The notes below the pieces were generated by a model. That model worked only from the letters and a program-made list of their open reading frames with translations. It searched no databases and had not been told where the DNA came from. Shown here piece by piece: positions 1 through 9,512 of a stretch of 64,000 bases of DNA; within the stretch, counting starts at the first letter, position 1; each line of letters starts with the position of its first letter. Origin of the DNA: Minisyncoccota bacterium (GTDB lineage Bacteria; Patescibacteriota; Minisyncoccia; UBA6257); the NCBI GenBank assembly GCA_028694995.1, contig JAQVJU010000001.1, positions 173,318 through 237,317 on the forward strand. The letters are read 5' to 3'. A program made the translations under genes and the position numbers.

Positions 1-1
1 A

Positions 2-1270
2 GCAGAGGATCATTATTCAGCTCAACTTTACCCACGCTCTAATATGGGGCAGATAATATATCTAAACTTTGATGATGTTTTATTATTATCTCTTGATAAT
101 CTTAGCTATCATCTTGCTCATGAATTTTTACATTTAATCACCTTAAATCAAAATCCAAAAGAAGAAATTTGGCTTAATGAAGCCAGGGCAGAATATACAG
201 AAACTTTATTAGGGTATGGAGGACAATGGGATCAGAGTAGTGTACGAAATAGGCTGCAGCAATTTTTAAGAGGCACTGAACTTTCTTTGTTAAATTGGAA
301 TAATAGCAGCTATGATTATGCCAAAGTTAATTTATTGGCGCATTATTTAGTTGATTTTTACGATGTTGATATATTAGTTGATTCTTTAAAATCTCCTTTT
401 AGTGGTATTGATGCTTTAAATTATGCTTTTAAAAAAAACGGATTTTCTGAAGATTTTTCAATTGTTTTTATGAATTGGGTTATTGCAAATGCTGTTAATA
501 ATTGTTCTTTAGGAGAAAAATATTGCTATCAGAGTAGTTTCTTGCAGGATTTTACATTGTTTCCCTATACTTATTATTTGCCAATTCAAAACAAGAGCTC
601 TCTGTCAGTCACTGATTCAATTAAAAACTGGGAGGCAAAATGGCAAAAGATCATGGGGGGTTCTGGGATGATTAAATTAAAATTTACAATTCCTGAGCAA
701 ACACCAATTGATAAAATTCCATACATAATAGAGAGTGTTGAAGGTAAGAAAACTATAGGTTTTTTTGATTTTTCTGCAACAAATATTCAAGAGGTATATA
801 TTGAAGGAATGGGGGCTAAAAATAAAGCTGTCTACTTTATTCCTTTTATTGCTTCTTTTGGCAATGAAGAAAATAAAACTTATTATTATTCTTGGGAAGT
901 GATAAACGTTGAGTTAAATAAACAACAAGAAGAAGAAATAATTCAAGCATTGTTAAAAAAAATTGATGAATTGAAAAGACAAGTAGTCCTTTTGCAAACG
1001 CAAATAGCAATGCAAAAAACATATCAAAACAGTCTTAGTTGTTCAATTTTTTCCCAGGATTTATATTATGGGATGAATTCTTCTGAAGTGGAATGTCTTC
1101 AGCAATTTTTAGTTAATATAGGAAATGATATCTATCCGGAAAAATTAGTAACTGGTTATTTTGGGCCATTGACTCAAGCTGCAGTTCAAAGATACCAGGC
1201 ATTTAAGGGAATAATTACTACTGGTTATTTTGGGCCTTTAACAAGAATAGCAGCTAATCAAAATTTATAA
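2..1270 (+). CDS. Zinc metallopeptidase-like (HExxH) protein with C-terminal peptidoglycan-binding domain; 5' truncated by the window edge
   Basis: Frame is open from base 2 (AEDHYSAQLYPRSN-MGQ...). AHEFLHL...WLNEARAE gluzincin-type motif; coiled coil; C-terminal DLYYG..EVECLQQFL..TGYFGPLT..AVQRYQ PG-binding motif. Confidence 0.7.
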   Translation, partial: AEDHYSAQLYPRSNMGQIIYLNFDDVLLLSLDNLSYHLAHEFLHLITLNQNPKEEIWLNEARAEYTETLLGYGGQWDQSSVRNRLQQFLRGTELSLLNWNNSSYDYAKVNLLAHYLVDFYDVDILVDSLKSPFSGIDALNYAFKKNGFSEDFSIVFMNWVIANAVNNCSLGEKYCYQSSFLQDFTLFPYTYYLPIQNKSSLSVTDSIKNWEAKWQKIMGGSGMIKLKFTIPEQTPIDKIPYIIESVEGKKTIGFFDFSATNIQEVYIEGMGAKNKAVYFIPFIASFGNEENKTYYYSWEVINVELNKQQEEEIIQALLKKIDELKRQVVLLQTQIAMQKTYQNSLSCSIFSQDLYYGMNSSEVECLQQFLVNIGNDIYPEKLVTGYFGPLTQAAVQRYQAFKGIITTGYFGPLTRIAANQNL

Positions 1271-1363
1271 GCGATAATGTGTTGTTAATGTGATTGGAGG
1301 AGCGGAGGATTGTTATTAAAGGTGCTATATTTTAGTTTCTATTCAAGTTAATTGTAAAATATT

Positions 1364-3694
1364 ATGAAAATTAATTTAAAAACTATAATTTTTTATCTTA
1401 TAATTGCAAGTTTGTTTAGCCCTTTTTTCGTTAATATTCAAACTTATTTTCCTTTTATTATTGGTAAGGCAACGGTTTTTCGTATAATTATCGGCTTAAT
1501 GATTATACTCTGGACTTTATGGATGCTAGGAGAACGAAATTCTGATTTAGAAAAAAAGAGGACATTTTTTAATCTTTTAGCAAAAGCAGTAATTGTTTTT
1601 GGAGTTATTATTTTTATTTCTGCTTTATTCGGAGCAAATTTTAATTACAGTTTTTTTTCTAATAATGAGAGAATGGAAGGAGTGTTAGGAATTTGGTATT
1701 TTATTGCTTTCTTTTCAATTATTGTAACAACCTTTAATTATTTAGAGATAGAAAAGATTCTCAAAATACAGTCAGGCATAGGTGTGTTTTATTCAATTTT
1801 AGCAATTTTCGCTTACTCTGGGATAGGGAGAATTACAGCCCAATTAACTGGTGAGCGTTTGGCTGGTTATACTGGTAATCCTTCTTTTTTTGCTGTTTAT
1901 TTACTCTTTAATTCCTTTTTGGCTTTATATTTTTATTTTAAAGGATTTGAGTTATTGCGATTGAAGCAAAATAATTTTAGCAATAAGATTTCATCATTTG
2001 CTGCGTTTTTCCCTTGTAATGATAGTATAATTTGGTTCTTAATTTTTTTAGGACAAAGTCTTTTGCTTTTTGCCACTTTAACAAGAGGAGCAATGGTGGG
2101 TTACTTAATAAGCATCATTTTTATTGCTTTATCAATAATTTTTCTTTCCAAAGACAATAACTTATTGTCTTTAAAAAGATTTTCAATATTGTTTTTAATT
2201 TTGATTTTAGGGACATCTATTTTTGCTTTTGTTGGTAAAAATACTGATTTTGTAAAAAATAATTCAATTTTAAGTAGGTTTGCTTCTATTTCATTAACAG
2301 ATCCTACAGCTAAGTCTCGTATTTTTTCTGCTGGTACTGCTTGGCAAAGTTTTCTGCAAAAACCTTTATTTGGTTGGGGTCAAGAAAATTATGAAGCTGC
2401 TTATGTGACAAATTTTAATCCTGAGGTTATGAAATATTTACCTGAAGATTTTTATTTTGATAGGGCCCATAATAAACCAATGGAAGTCTTGGCGACAAAT
2501 GGAATTTTTGGATTTTTATCTTATTTGTCTCTTTTTTGTATTGCTTTTTATTTTTTAAATTACTTAAGGAGAAAAAAAGAATGGTTTTTGCCCTCACTAG
2601 CCTTAGGGGGTTGTTTAATAGGGTATTTTGTTCAGAATGTTTTTCTTTTTGATTTTCATGAAAGCTATTTAATGTTTTTTTTGGTCTTAGCTTTTATTGC
2701 CTCACTTGTAGAGATAAAATTGCCTCACTCTTCGAAAACTTGTCTTATGGTAAAAGATAAAAAAGGTTATGCTTCGAAAATAGGCAAGACATTAATAATA
2801 ATTGTTATTATTTGTTTGGTTACCTTTTCTACCATTCAATGGGTTATTAAGCCCTACTTAGTAAGTAACGGAATTTTTAGAGTGGGCCATTTTATGAAGC
2901 AAGGCCAAGGAGAAGATTCTTTTCAAGAGTTAAAAAGAATAATCAATAATCCGACTTTTTTTGAAGTTGATATTGTTATTGCAGTAAAGAAAATGTATTC
3001 TTTACGTAGTTTTAAAATTGAAGAAGAGGAGAAAAAAAGAATATTAGAATTATTAATTATTGTCGCTGAAAAGAAAGCGAAAGAAATGCCGTGGCGTTTT
3101 AGTTTAGTAAACGCCAAGGCTGATCTGGAAACGATACTTTCTCAATGGGATCAAAAATGGCTTTTAAAAGCTGAAGAATCAACGGAAATGATGCTTTCTA
3201 AATTCCCTTATTTTCCGAGCTCTCATTTATTTGCCGCAAAGCTTTTTCTTTTAAAAGGAGAGGTTAAAAAAGGCATCCAAGAAATACAAAAAGTTATAGA
3301 AATTGATCCAAAAATCGCTACCGCTTATTATATTTTAGGAGTAGCTTATAATGAATTGAATGATATAGGAAAAGCGAATGAAAATTTTATTAAGGCAGCT
3401 AAGCTTAATTATCCTTTTGCAGATAAAAATCAAATTTTATATGTGTTGAGTCTTTTGATACCTGAGAAAGAGTATTTAATAGTAGAAAATCTTTATTTAA
3501 GAGCAATTCAATTAGATTCTCAAGATGATTCTTTGTATCGAGGTTTGGCAGCTACATATGCTAAATTACAAAACAAAGGCAAAGCTATTGAATATGCTAA
3601 AAAAGCTGTAGAATTAAACCCAGCAGCTAAAGAAGCAGCAGAAGAATTTATTCAATTAGTAGAAGAAGAACAATGGGATTTAATAGGTGATTAA
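1364..3694 (+). CDS. O-antigen ligase (Wzy_C) family membrane protein with C-terminal TPR repeats
   Basis: Many TM segments; RLAGYTGNPS, TLTRGA, PLFGWGQENY, FDRAHN motifs; C-terminal TPR-like helices. Confidence 0.85.
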   Translation: MKINLKTIIFYLIIASLFSPFFVNIQTYFPFIIGKATVFRIIIGLMIILWTLWMLGERNSDLEKKRTFFNLLAKAVIVFGVIIFISALFGANFNYSFFSNNERMEGVLGIWYFIAFFSIIVTTFNYLEIEKILKIQSGIGVFYSILAIFAYSGIGRITAQLTGERLAGYTGNPSFFAVYLLFNSFLALYFYFKGFELLRLKQNNFSNKISSFAAFFPCNDSIIWFLIFLGQSLLLFATLTRGAMVGYLISIIFIALSIIFLSKDNNLLSLKRFSILFLILILGTSIFAFVGKNTDFVKNNSILSRFASISLTDPTAKSRIFSAGTAWQSFLQKPLFGWGQENYEAAYVTNFNPEVMKYLPEDFYFDRAHNKPMEVLATNGIFGFLSYLSLFCIAFYFLNYLRRKKEWFLPSLALGGCLIGYFVQNVFLFDFHESYLMFFLVLAFIASLVEIKLPHSSKTCLMVKDKKGYASKIGKTLIIIVIICLVTFSTIQWVIKPYLVSNGIFRVGHFMKQGQGEDSFQELKRIINNPTFFEVDIVIAVKKMYSLRSFKIEEEEKKRILELLIIVAEKKAKEMPWRFSLVNAKADLETILSQWDQKWLLKAEESTEMMLSKFPYFPSSHLFAAKLFLLKGEVKKGIQEIQKVIEIDPKIATAYYILGVAYNELNDIGKANENFIKAAKLNYPFADKNQILYVLSLLIPEKEYLIVENLYLRAIQLDSQDDSLYRGLAATYAKLQNKGKAIEYAKKAVELNPAAKEAAEEFIQLVEEEQWDLIGD

Positions 3695-3707
3695 ATCAAT
3701 TTAATTT

Positions 3708-5849
3708 ATGAGGCAAGTAGTTTTTAAAAAAGGAAAAGTTTTAGTAGAAGAGGTGCCAGCACCAGGTTGTGGCGCTAATAAGGTTTTAGTTGAAAATCTT
3801 TATTCTTTGATTTCTTCAGGCACAGAATTATCAAGTTTGAGTTTTGCTAAACAACCTTTGCCTTTGAAGATTTTGAAATATCCAACAAAATTAGCTAAAG
3901 GATTAAGATTAGCTAAAGAGCGTGGTTTTATTGGCGCCTATAAGATAGTTAATGAGATGTTAGAATCAGGAATTACTCCTGGTTATAGTTGTTGCGGTCA
4001 AGTAGTAAAAGTGGGTAAAGATATTAATGATATTAAAAAAGATGATTTGGTTGTTTGCGCTGGAGCTAATATTGCCTCTCATGCTGAATTTATAGCTGTG
4101 CCTCGGAATTTAATAGCTAAGGTTCCAATAGGTGTTGAACCAGAAGAAGCTTGTTCAGCCACAATAGGCGCAATTGCCTTACAAGGCATTAGACAAGCAG
4201 ATTTAAGAATTGGAGAAAGTGCTGTTGTTATTGGTTTGGGATTAGTAGGTCAATTAACAACCCAGATGCTTTTAGCTAATGGTATTAAAACTATTGGCAT
4301 TGAATTATCTAAAGAAAGAATTAAAAAAGCTAAAGAAAATGGTTTAAATGATGCTTTTTCTCCTAAAGATAAAAATCTTTTAAATAAAATACATGCATTA
4401 ACTGATTTTCAAGGTGTTGATGCTACAATCATTACTGCAGCTGATTCATCAAATAATGAAATTATTAATCAGGCAATGCTTTTGACTAGAAAAAGAGGCA
4501 AGGTAGTAGTAGTGGGTGATATTGGATTAAAGATAGAAAGATTGCCTTGGTATGAAAAAGAAATTGATTTAAGAATTGCCACTTCTTATGGCCCAGGCAG
4601 AAATGATGAACAATATGAAATTCAAGGCAAAGATTATCCTTATGCTTATGTTCGTTGGACAGAAAACAGGAATCTACAAGCTTATCTAGAATTATTACAA
4701 GAAAAGAAAATTAATTTTTCTTCATTGGTTCAAGGAAAATATGCTTTAGAACAAGCTGATTTAGCTTATAAACTATTAAATTCTTCTAAAAAACCTTTAG
4801 CAGTTTTATTAACTTATGCCACTGCTTTAAAAGAAAAAGATTCTGAACAATCAATTCAAGTTTGTTCACCTTTAGTACCAGAAGGCAAGATACAAGTAGG
4901 ATTGATTGGTGTTGGTAGTTTTATGCAATTAGTTCATTTGCCTAACCTGAGAAAACTCAAAGAATTTTATCAGATTAGAGGAATTTGTGTTACCGATCAG
5001 GTAAAGGCAAAACATTTTGCTCAACGATATGGAGCGACTATGGCAACAACTGATTATCATGAACTTTTAAACCAACCAGAGATAGATTTAATCATGATTG
5101 CAACCAGGCATAATTTACATGCGCCAATGATTATTGACGCTTTAAAAGCTGGCAAGAATGTTTTTGTGGAAAAACCTTTATGCTTGACTGAGCAAGAACT
5201 GGATGATATTATACAAACCTTGAAAATACAAAGCTTAGAGCAGCCAATTAGTTTAGCCGTAGGTTTTAATCGTCGTTTTTCTCCTTTTATTCAAAGGATT
5301 AAAGAAATTATTAGTGAACGTAGAAGTCCTTTAATAATCAATTACCGGGTTAATGATTCATATTTAGCTCCTAGCCATTGGGTTAACACTACAGAAGGGG
5401 GAGGCAGGATTCTTGGCAATGCTTGTCATATGTTTGACTTGTTTTGTTATCTTACTGAATCAGAGTCAGAAAAAATACAATCTTTTGCCATTAACCCACA
5501 ACAAAGTTTTTATCTCACTACTGATAATTTTATTGCTGGGATTCAATTTAAAGATGGTTCAGTGGCTAATTTGGTTTATACAACTCAAGGAGATGAGAAA
5601 TTATCTAAAGAATATTTAGAGGTTTATTCAGAAGGTCAGGTTTTTGTCTTAGATGATTTTAAAAGCTTAAGAACTTATGGCTTAAAAGCTGGAATGAAAA
5701 CTTCTAAACAACAAAAAGGGTTATTAGAAGAACTTCAAAGCCTAGCTGTTTGTTTGCACCAGAGAAGATGGCCAATGCCTTTGGAGGAAATTATTAATGC
5801 AACTAAAATTAGCTTAGAAGTTGATAAACAAGTAAGAGAAAAGGAATAA
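3708..5849 (+). CDS. Bi-domain oxidoreductase (MDR/zinc-dehydrogenase-like + Gfo/Idh/MocA), typical of glycan biosynthesis loci
   Basis: SLISSGTE, GYSCCG, GLGLVG in the N-half; GLIGVG, VFVEKP, VGFNRRF in the C-half. Confidence 0.88.
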   Translation: MRQVVFKKGKVLVEEVPAPGCGANKVLVENLYSLISSGTELSSLSFAKQPLPLKILKYPTKLAKGLRLAKERGFIGAYKIVNEMLESGITPGYSCCGQVVKVGKDINDIKKDDLVVCAGANIASHAEFIAVPRNLIAKVPIGVEPEEACSATIGAIALQGIRQADLRIGESAVVIGLGLVGQLTTQMLLANGIKTIGIELSKERIKKAKENGLNDAFSPKDKNLLNKIHALTDFQGVDATIITAADSSNNEIINQAMLLTRKRGKVVVVGDIGLKIERLPWYEKEIDLRIATSYGPGRNDEQYEIQGKDYPYAYVRWTENRNLQAYLELLQEKKINFSSLVQGKYALEQADLAYKLLNSSKKPLAVLLTYATALKEKDSEQSIQVCSPLVPEGKIQVGLIGVGSFMQLVHLPNLRKLKEFYQIRGICVTDQVKAKHFAQRYGATMATTDYHELLNQPEIDLIMIATRHNLHAPMIIDALKAGKNVFVEKPLCLTEQELDDIIQTLKIQSLEQPISLAVGFNRRFSPFIQRIKEIISERRSPLIINYRVNDSYLAPSHWVNTTEGGGRILGNACHMFDLFCYLTESESEKIQSFAINPQQSFYLTTDNFIAGIQFKDGSVANLVYTTQGDEKLSKEYLEVYSEGQVFVLDDFKSLRTYGLKAGMKTSKQQKGLLEELQSLAVCLHQRRWPMPLEEIINATKISLEVDKQVREKE

Positions 5850-5868
5850 TATCTGGGGATAAAAAGAC

Positions 5869-5897
5869 TTGACAAATAAAGAATTATATACTACAAT
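5869..5897 (+). promoter_or_regulatory. Sigma70-type promoter with no downstream protein gene
   Basis: TTGACA (5869-5874), 17-bp spacer, TACAAT (5892-5897). Confidence 0.75.
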
Positions 5898-5903
5898 AAG
5901 TTG

Positions 5904-6074
5904 TAGGGTTTTGAAAATTAAAAGGACTTATTAATCTGTGGGCACGCAAGTATTTGCTTGTTTGGGGATTATTTGCAGATGGGTATTTTGGACTTAGGCC
6001 TGGAATATACCTCGGGATAATCTTGAACTCCCACTTTGGGATTATTTGCCTGCAGATTAATGAGCCCTTTTTTT
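5904..6074 (+). ncRNA. Putative structured ncRNA (rod-like, 6S-like architecture)
   Basis: AAAGGACTTATTAATCTGTGGGCA (5921-5944) pairs with TGCCTGCAGATTAATGAGCCCTTT (6047-6070); inner stems; own promoter; U-run at the 3' end; higher GC than the flanking intergenic DNA. Confidence 0.6.
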
Positions 6075-6077
6075 AAT

Positions 6078-8972
6078 TTAAATTCCTAAAACTCTTTTAA
6101 TTTCTTCCCAAGAAGTTTGGCCTAAAAGAACCTTAATTGTTCCATCATCTATTAATTTGGGAAAATCTACTTGAGTTAAGTCTTTTGTTTGGGCAGGAGG
6201 AATTAAAGTTTCAAAAATTCCAATTTGTCCTTGATAACCTGTAAAACTACATTGAGCACATCCTTTAGCTTGAAAAATGTACTCTGGTTGTTTGTATTCA
6301 GGAAATTGTTTTAAAGCTTTTTTAGCATAAGGAATGATTTCTTTAGGGATTTTTACTTTTTCTTTACAATGAGAACAGAGGCAACGAATTAATCTCTGGG
6401 CAATAACAAGATTAATACCAGCAATCATTTCTTCTGATGGAATTTCCAAGCTTTTTAATCTGGAAACAACACCTAAAGCATCATTAGTATGAATAGTTGA
6501 GAAAACAAGATGACCAGTTAATGAAGCTTCCCAAACAAGTTGGGCTGTTTCTTTATCTCTGATTTCTCCAATCAAGAAGATATTTGGGTTTTGGCGAAGT
6601 AAACTGCGAAGGGCTTTAGCAAAGGTATATCCTTTTTCTTCATTAATTTGTGTTTGGATAATATTAGGCAAACGATATTCAATTGGATCTTCTACGGTGA
6701 TTATTTTAACATCAGGTTTAGCTAATTTTTTAAGCAAAGAGAATAAAGTGGTTGTTTTTCCAGAAGAAGTTGGGCCAGCAGCTAAAATGAGCCCAACTTT
6801 TTTTTCTAGGATTTTTTCAACTTTTTCTTGGGTTGAAGGAAGAAAACCTAATTTTTCTAATTCAAGCATTGAAGTTTCACCACCTAAGATTCTTATAGAG
6901 GCACTTTCTCCATAACCACCAGGGATAATAGAAAGACGAAGATCAAATGATTGGTCAGGTAAAATTAAACGAAATCTGCCCTCTTGGACTTTTTGAGTTT
7001 CCTCAGTTTTTAATCCACTGAGGTTTTTTATTTCATTAATTATCTTTGGATAATCAGTAATGTTAAAAGAAGCTAAAGGATGAAGAACACCATCAATTCT
7101 TTGCCTGACTAGGCCTTGTTTTTCTTCTGGCTCAAAATGAGCATCAGTGGCTCTAGATTTTAGAGCTGAAGCAAGGATAAAACCAATTTGTTTTTCTGCA
7201 GATTGGTTTTTTAATAAAGACGCTATGGGTTTATTATCTTGGAGCAATTGCTCTATTTTTTTTAATTCTTGAGAAGTGACAGTGACGCCACGAATTAAAA
7301 TTTGTGAAAAAAGTTCTTTATAAAGATCTTGAATGTATGAAATATCACCAGCAACTCTAATTACTTCTTCTAAAGAAGTGATGCCTTCAATTGTTTTTAA
7401 TAATCCATCATGGAATAGAGGCACCATACCTTCATCGATTGCTGTAGTTCTTAATTCATTTTGATCTGCTTCTTGTTTGATTTTTTGAATAATACGTGGA
7501 CTCATTGTAAAGTGTTCAAAAATACCTATTTGTTCTTTATATCCTAGCCAATGGCATTTTTCACAGCCTTTAGCTTTAAAAAGAACAGGAATATCTTTAG
7601 GAATAGCAACTTTGCTTTTAGGAGAAAGAATGCTAAAAGCATTAATTAATTGTTCTTTGATTTCAGGAGAAGGAGTGTATTGTTCTTTACAATCAGGGCA
7701 AAGACGCCTAATTAATCTTTGGGCAATAACCAATCTTAGGGAATTGGTAATAGTTGAAGAATCAGCGCCAAGCTCTAATAATCGGGCTATAGTGCCACAG
7801 GCTTCATTTGTATGCAAGGTAGAAAAGACAAGATGACCAGTTAAAGAAGCTTGAAGCGCTGTTCTGACAGTTTCTGAGTCTCTCATTTCTCCTACCATTA
7901 CTACATCTGGGTCTTGGCGGAGAATTGATTTTAAACCATTGGCAAAATCATATCTTTTAGTCACTTGGGTTTGATTAACGCCAGGAATATTGTATTCAAT
8001 AGGATCTTCTAAGGTAATGATTTTAATCCCTGGAGAAACTTTTTCTTTTAGAAAAGTATAGAGGGTTGTTGTTTTACCAGAACCAGTTGGCCCAGTAAGT
8101 AAGACCATTCCATTAGGAGCAGAAATTGTTTGTTTAAAAATCTTAGCACTATTAAGACTAACTCCTAAATCACTTAAACCAAAAGCGCCCCGTCGAGGAT
8201 TTAAAAGACGGAAAACCAAATATTCTCCTTGAGGGCCAGGAAGACTAGAGGCACGAACATCTATAAAATCTTTATTGTTTTGAATAGTAAAACGTCCGTT
8301 TTGAGAAACAGTTTCAATATTTAATTTTAATCCAGCTAATAATTTTAATCTCTGATTAAGAGTGTGGTATTTCTTTTTGTCAATTTCACAAACATCATAC
8401 AAGACACCATCAACACGGAAACGAATCAAGGCCTGATCTGTTTGGGGTTCAATATGAATATCTGAAGCATCAATGATAACAGCTGATTTAAGAATTAATG
8501 AAACTAAAGTAGTTACATCTTCAGCAGGTATTGTTAATAATTTTTCATGAAGGTCATTGAATTCTATAGATTCAGCCTGAGTGATTTCTATAAAATGAGT
8601 TAATTCTGTTAAACGCGGACGGACAAAAGTATAATTTTTCCAAGCTTGATTTAAGCCTTCTTGAGTGGCAACAAAGGTCTTTATCTTATATCCTTGTTTT
8701 TCTAAATCACTGATGATTTTTAAAGCTTTAAAATTAGCTGGATCTAAGACAGCAAGATTAATTTTATTGCCTATTCTTTGAAATACAACCAAGCTAGCTT
8801 CTTTAGCTTCTTGTTCAGGGACAATGCCCAGAGCACTGGTTTCTATAGGGGTTTTTCTCAAATCAATGTAGGCAAGATTTTGTTTTAGAGCTAATTCTTG
8901 AGCGGCTCTTTCTTTAGATTCTTGCCAAAGGGATTTTATTTTTTCTTCTCTTTTTTTTGTTAAATCACTCAT
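6078..8972 (-). CDS. Tandem (double) PilB/GspE-family type IV pilus/T2SS assembly ATPase
   Basis: Two complete modules: ASDIHIEP/GPTGSGKTT/GEMRD/STLHTN/CPDC..CEKC and ATDAHFEP/GPTSSGKTT/GEIRD/STIHTN/CSHC..CAQC. Confidence 0.9.
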   Translation of the reverse strand: MSDLTKKREEKIKSLWQESKERAAQELALKQNLAYIDLRKTPIETSALGIVPEQEAKEASLVVFQRIGNKINLAVLDPANFKALKIISDLEKQGYKIKTFVATQEGLNQAWKNYTFVRPRLTELTHFIEITQAESIEFNDLHEKLLTIPAEDVTTLVSLILKSAVIIDASDIHIEPQTDQALIRFRVDGVLYDVCEIDKKKYHTLNQRLKLLAGLKLNIETVSQNGRFTIQNNKDFIDVRASSLPGPQGEYLVFRLLNPRRGAFGLSDLGVSLNSAKIFKQTISAPNGMVLLTGPTGSGKTTTLYTFLKEKVSPGIKIITLEDPIEYNIPGVNQTQVTKRYDFANGLKSILRQDPDVVMVGEMRDSETVRTALQASLTGHLVFSTLHTNEACGTIARLLELGADSSTITNSLRLVIAQRLIRRLCPDCKEQYTPSPEIKEQLINAFSILSPKSKVAIPKDIPVLFKAKGCEKCHWLGYKEQIGIFEHFTMSPRIIQKIKQEADQNELRTTAIDEGMVPLFHDGLLKTIEGITSLEEVIRVAGDISYIQDLYKELFSQILIRGVTVTSQELKKIEQLLQDNKPIASLLKNQSAEKQIGFILASALKSRATDAHFEPEEKQGLVRQRIDGVLHPLASFNITDYPKIINEIKNLSGLKTEETQKVQEGRFRLILPDQSFDLRLSIIPGGYGESASIRILGGETSMLELEKLGFLPSTQEKVEKILEKKVGLILAAGPTSSGKTTTLFSLLKKLAKPDVKIITVEDPIEYRLPNIIQTQINEEKGYTFAKALRSLLRQNPNIFLIGEIRDKETAQLVWEASLTGHLVFSTIHTNDALGVVSRLKSLEIPSEEMIAGINLVIAQRLIRCLCSHCKEKVKIPKEIIPYAKKALKQFPEYKQPEYIFQAKGCAQCSFTGYQGQIGIFETLIPPAQTKDLTQVDFPKLIDDGTIKVLLGQTSWEEIKRVLGI

Positions 8973-9033
8973 AGTTTTATTATATCATTCTAAGGTTCTT
9001 TAGAAAAGCTAATTATTATGTTAAAATTAGATA

Positions 9034-9501
9034 ATGAAGCTTAAAATTATCAGTGAAAGCCCAAAAGAAACGCAAGAAATTGCTGGTTTTTTTATTAAAT
9101 CTGTATTAAAACGAGAGCCTGTTTCTAATAAACAAGCTTTTGTTGTTTCTTTAGAAGGTGATTTAGGTAGTGGCAAAACAGAGTTTTTAAAAGGCGTGGC
9201 TAAATCTTTAAAATTAAAAGAAAAAGTTTTTAGCCCAACCTTTTTAATAATGAAAAGCTTTCCTTTTTCTAATAAGATTAAGAATTCTTTTAAAACATTA
9301 TGGCATTTAGATTGTTATCGTTTAGAGAAAATAAAAGAGATAGAATCTTTGGGTTTTAAGGAAATTATATCTGAGCCAACGAATATAATATTTATTGAAT
9401 GGGGTAATAAAGTTAAAAAATTATTACCTTTAAAGCATTGGAAAATAAAGTTTAAAATGTTAGAAAAAAATACAAGGATATTGGAATTTTATATCCCTTA
9501 A
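9034..9501 (+). CDS. tsaE: tRNA t6A biosynthesis ATPase TsaE
   Basis: LEGDLGSGKT, SPTF, HLDCYRL, IEW motifs. Confidence 0.95.
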   Translation: MKLKIISESPKETQEIAGFFIKSVLKREPVSNKQAFVVSLEGDLGSGKTEFLKGVAKSLKLKEKVFSPTFLIMKSFPFSNKIKNSFKTLWHLDCYRLEKIKEIESLGFKEIISEPTNIIFIEWGNKVKKLLPLKHWKIKFKMLEKNTRILEFYIP

Positions 9502-9512
9502 ATAGTGAAATT

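Noticed and set aside
1151-1236. Direct repeat ACTGGTTATTTTGGGCC (two copies)
   Set aside because: Encodes the repeated TGYFGP motif of the PG-binding domain; not a CRISPR or mobile repeat
1271-1363. G-rich patch GGAGGAGCGGAGG in the intergenic region
   Set aside because: Too far from the next start to be an SD, and no convincing structure or ORF
5979-6020. 13-codon ORF MGILDLGLEYTSG inside the rod RNA
   Set aside because: Very short, no RBS, buried in paired regions; structure explains the sequence better
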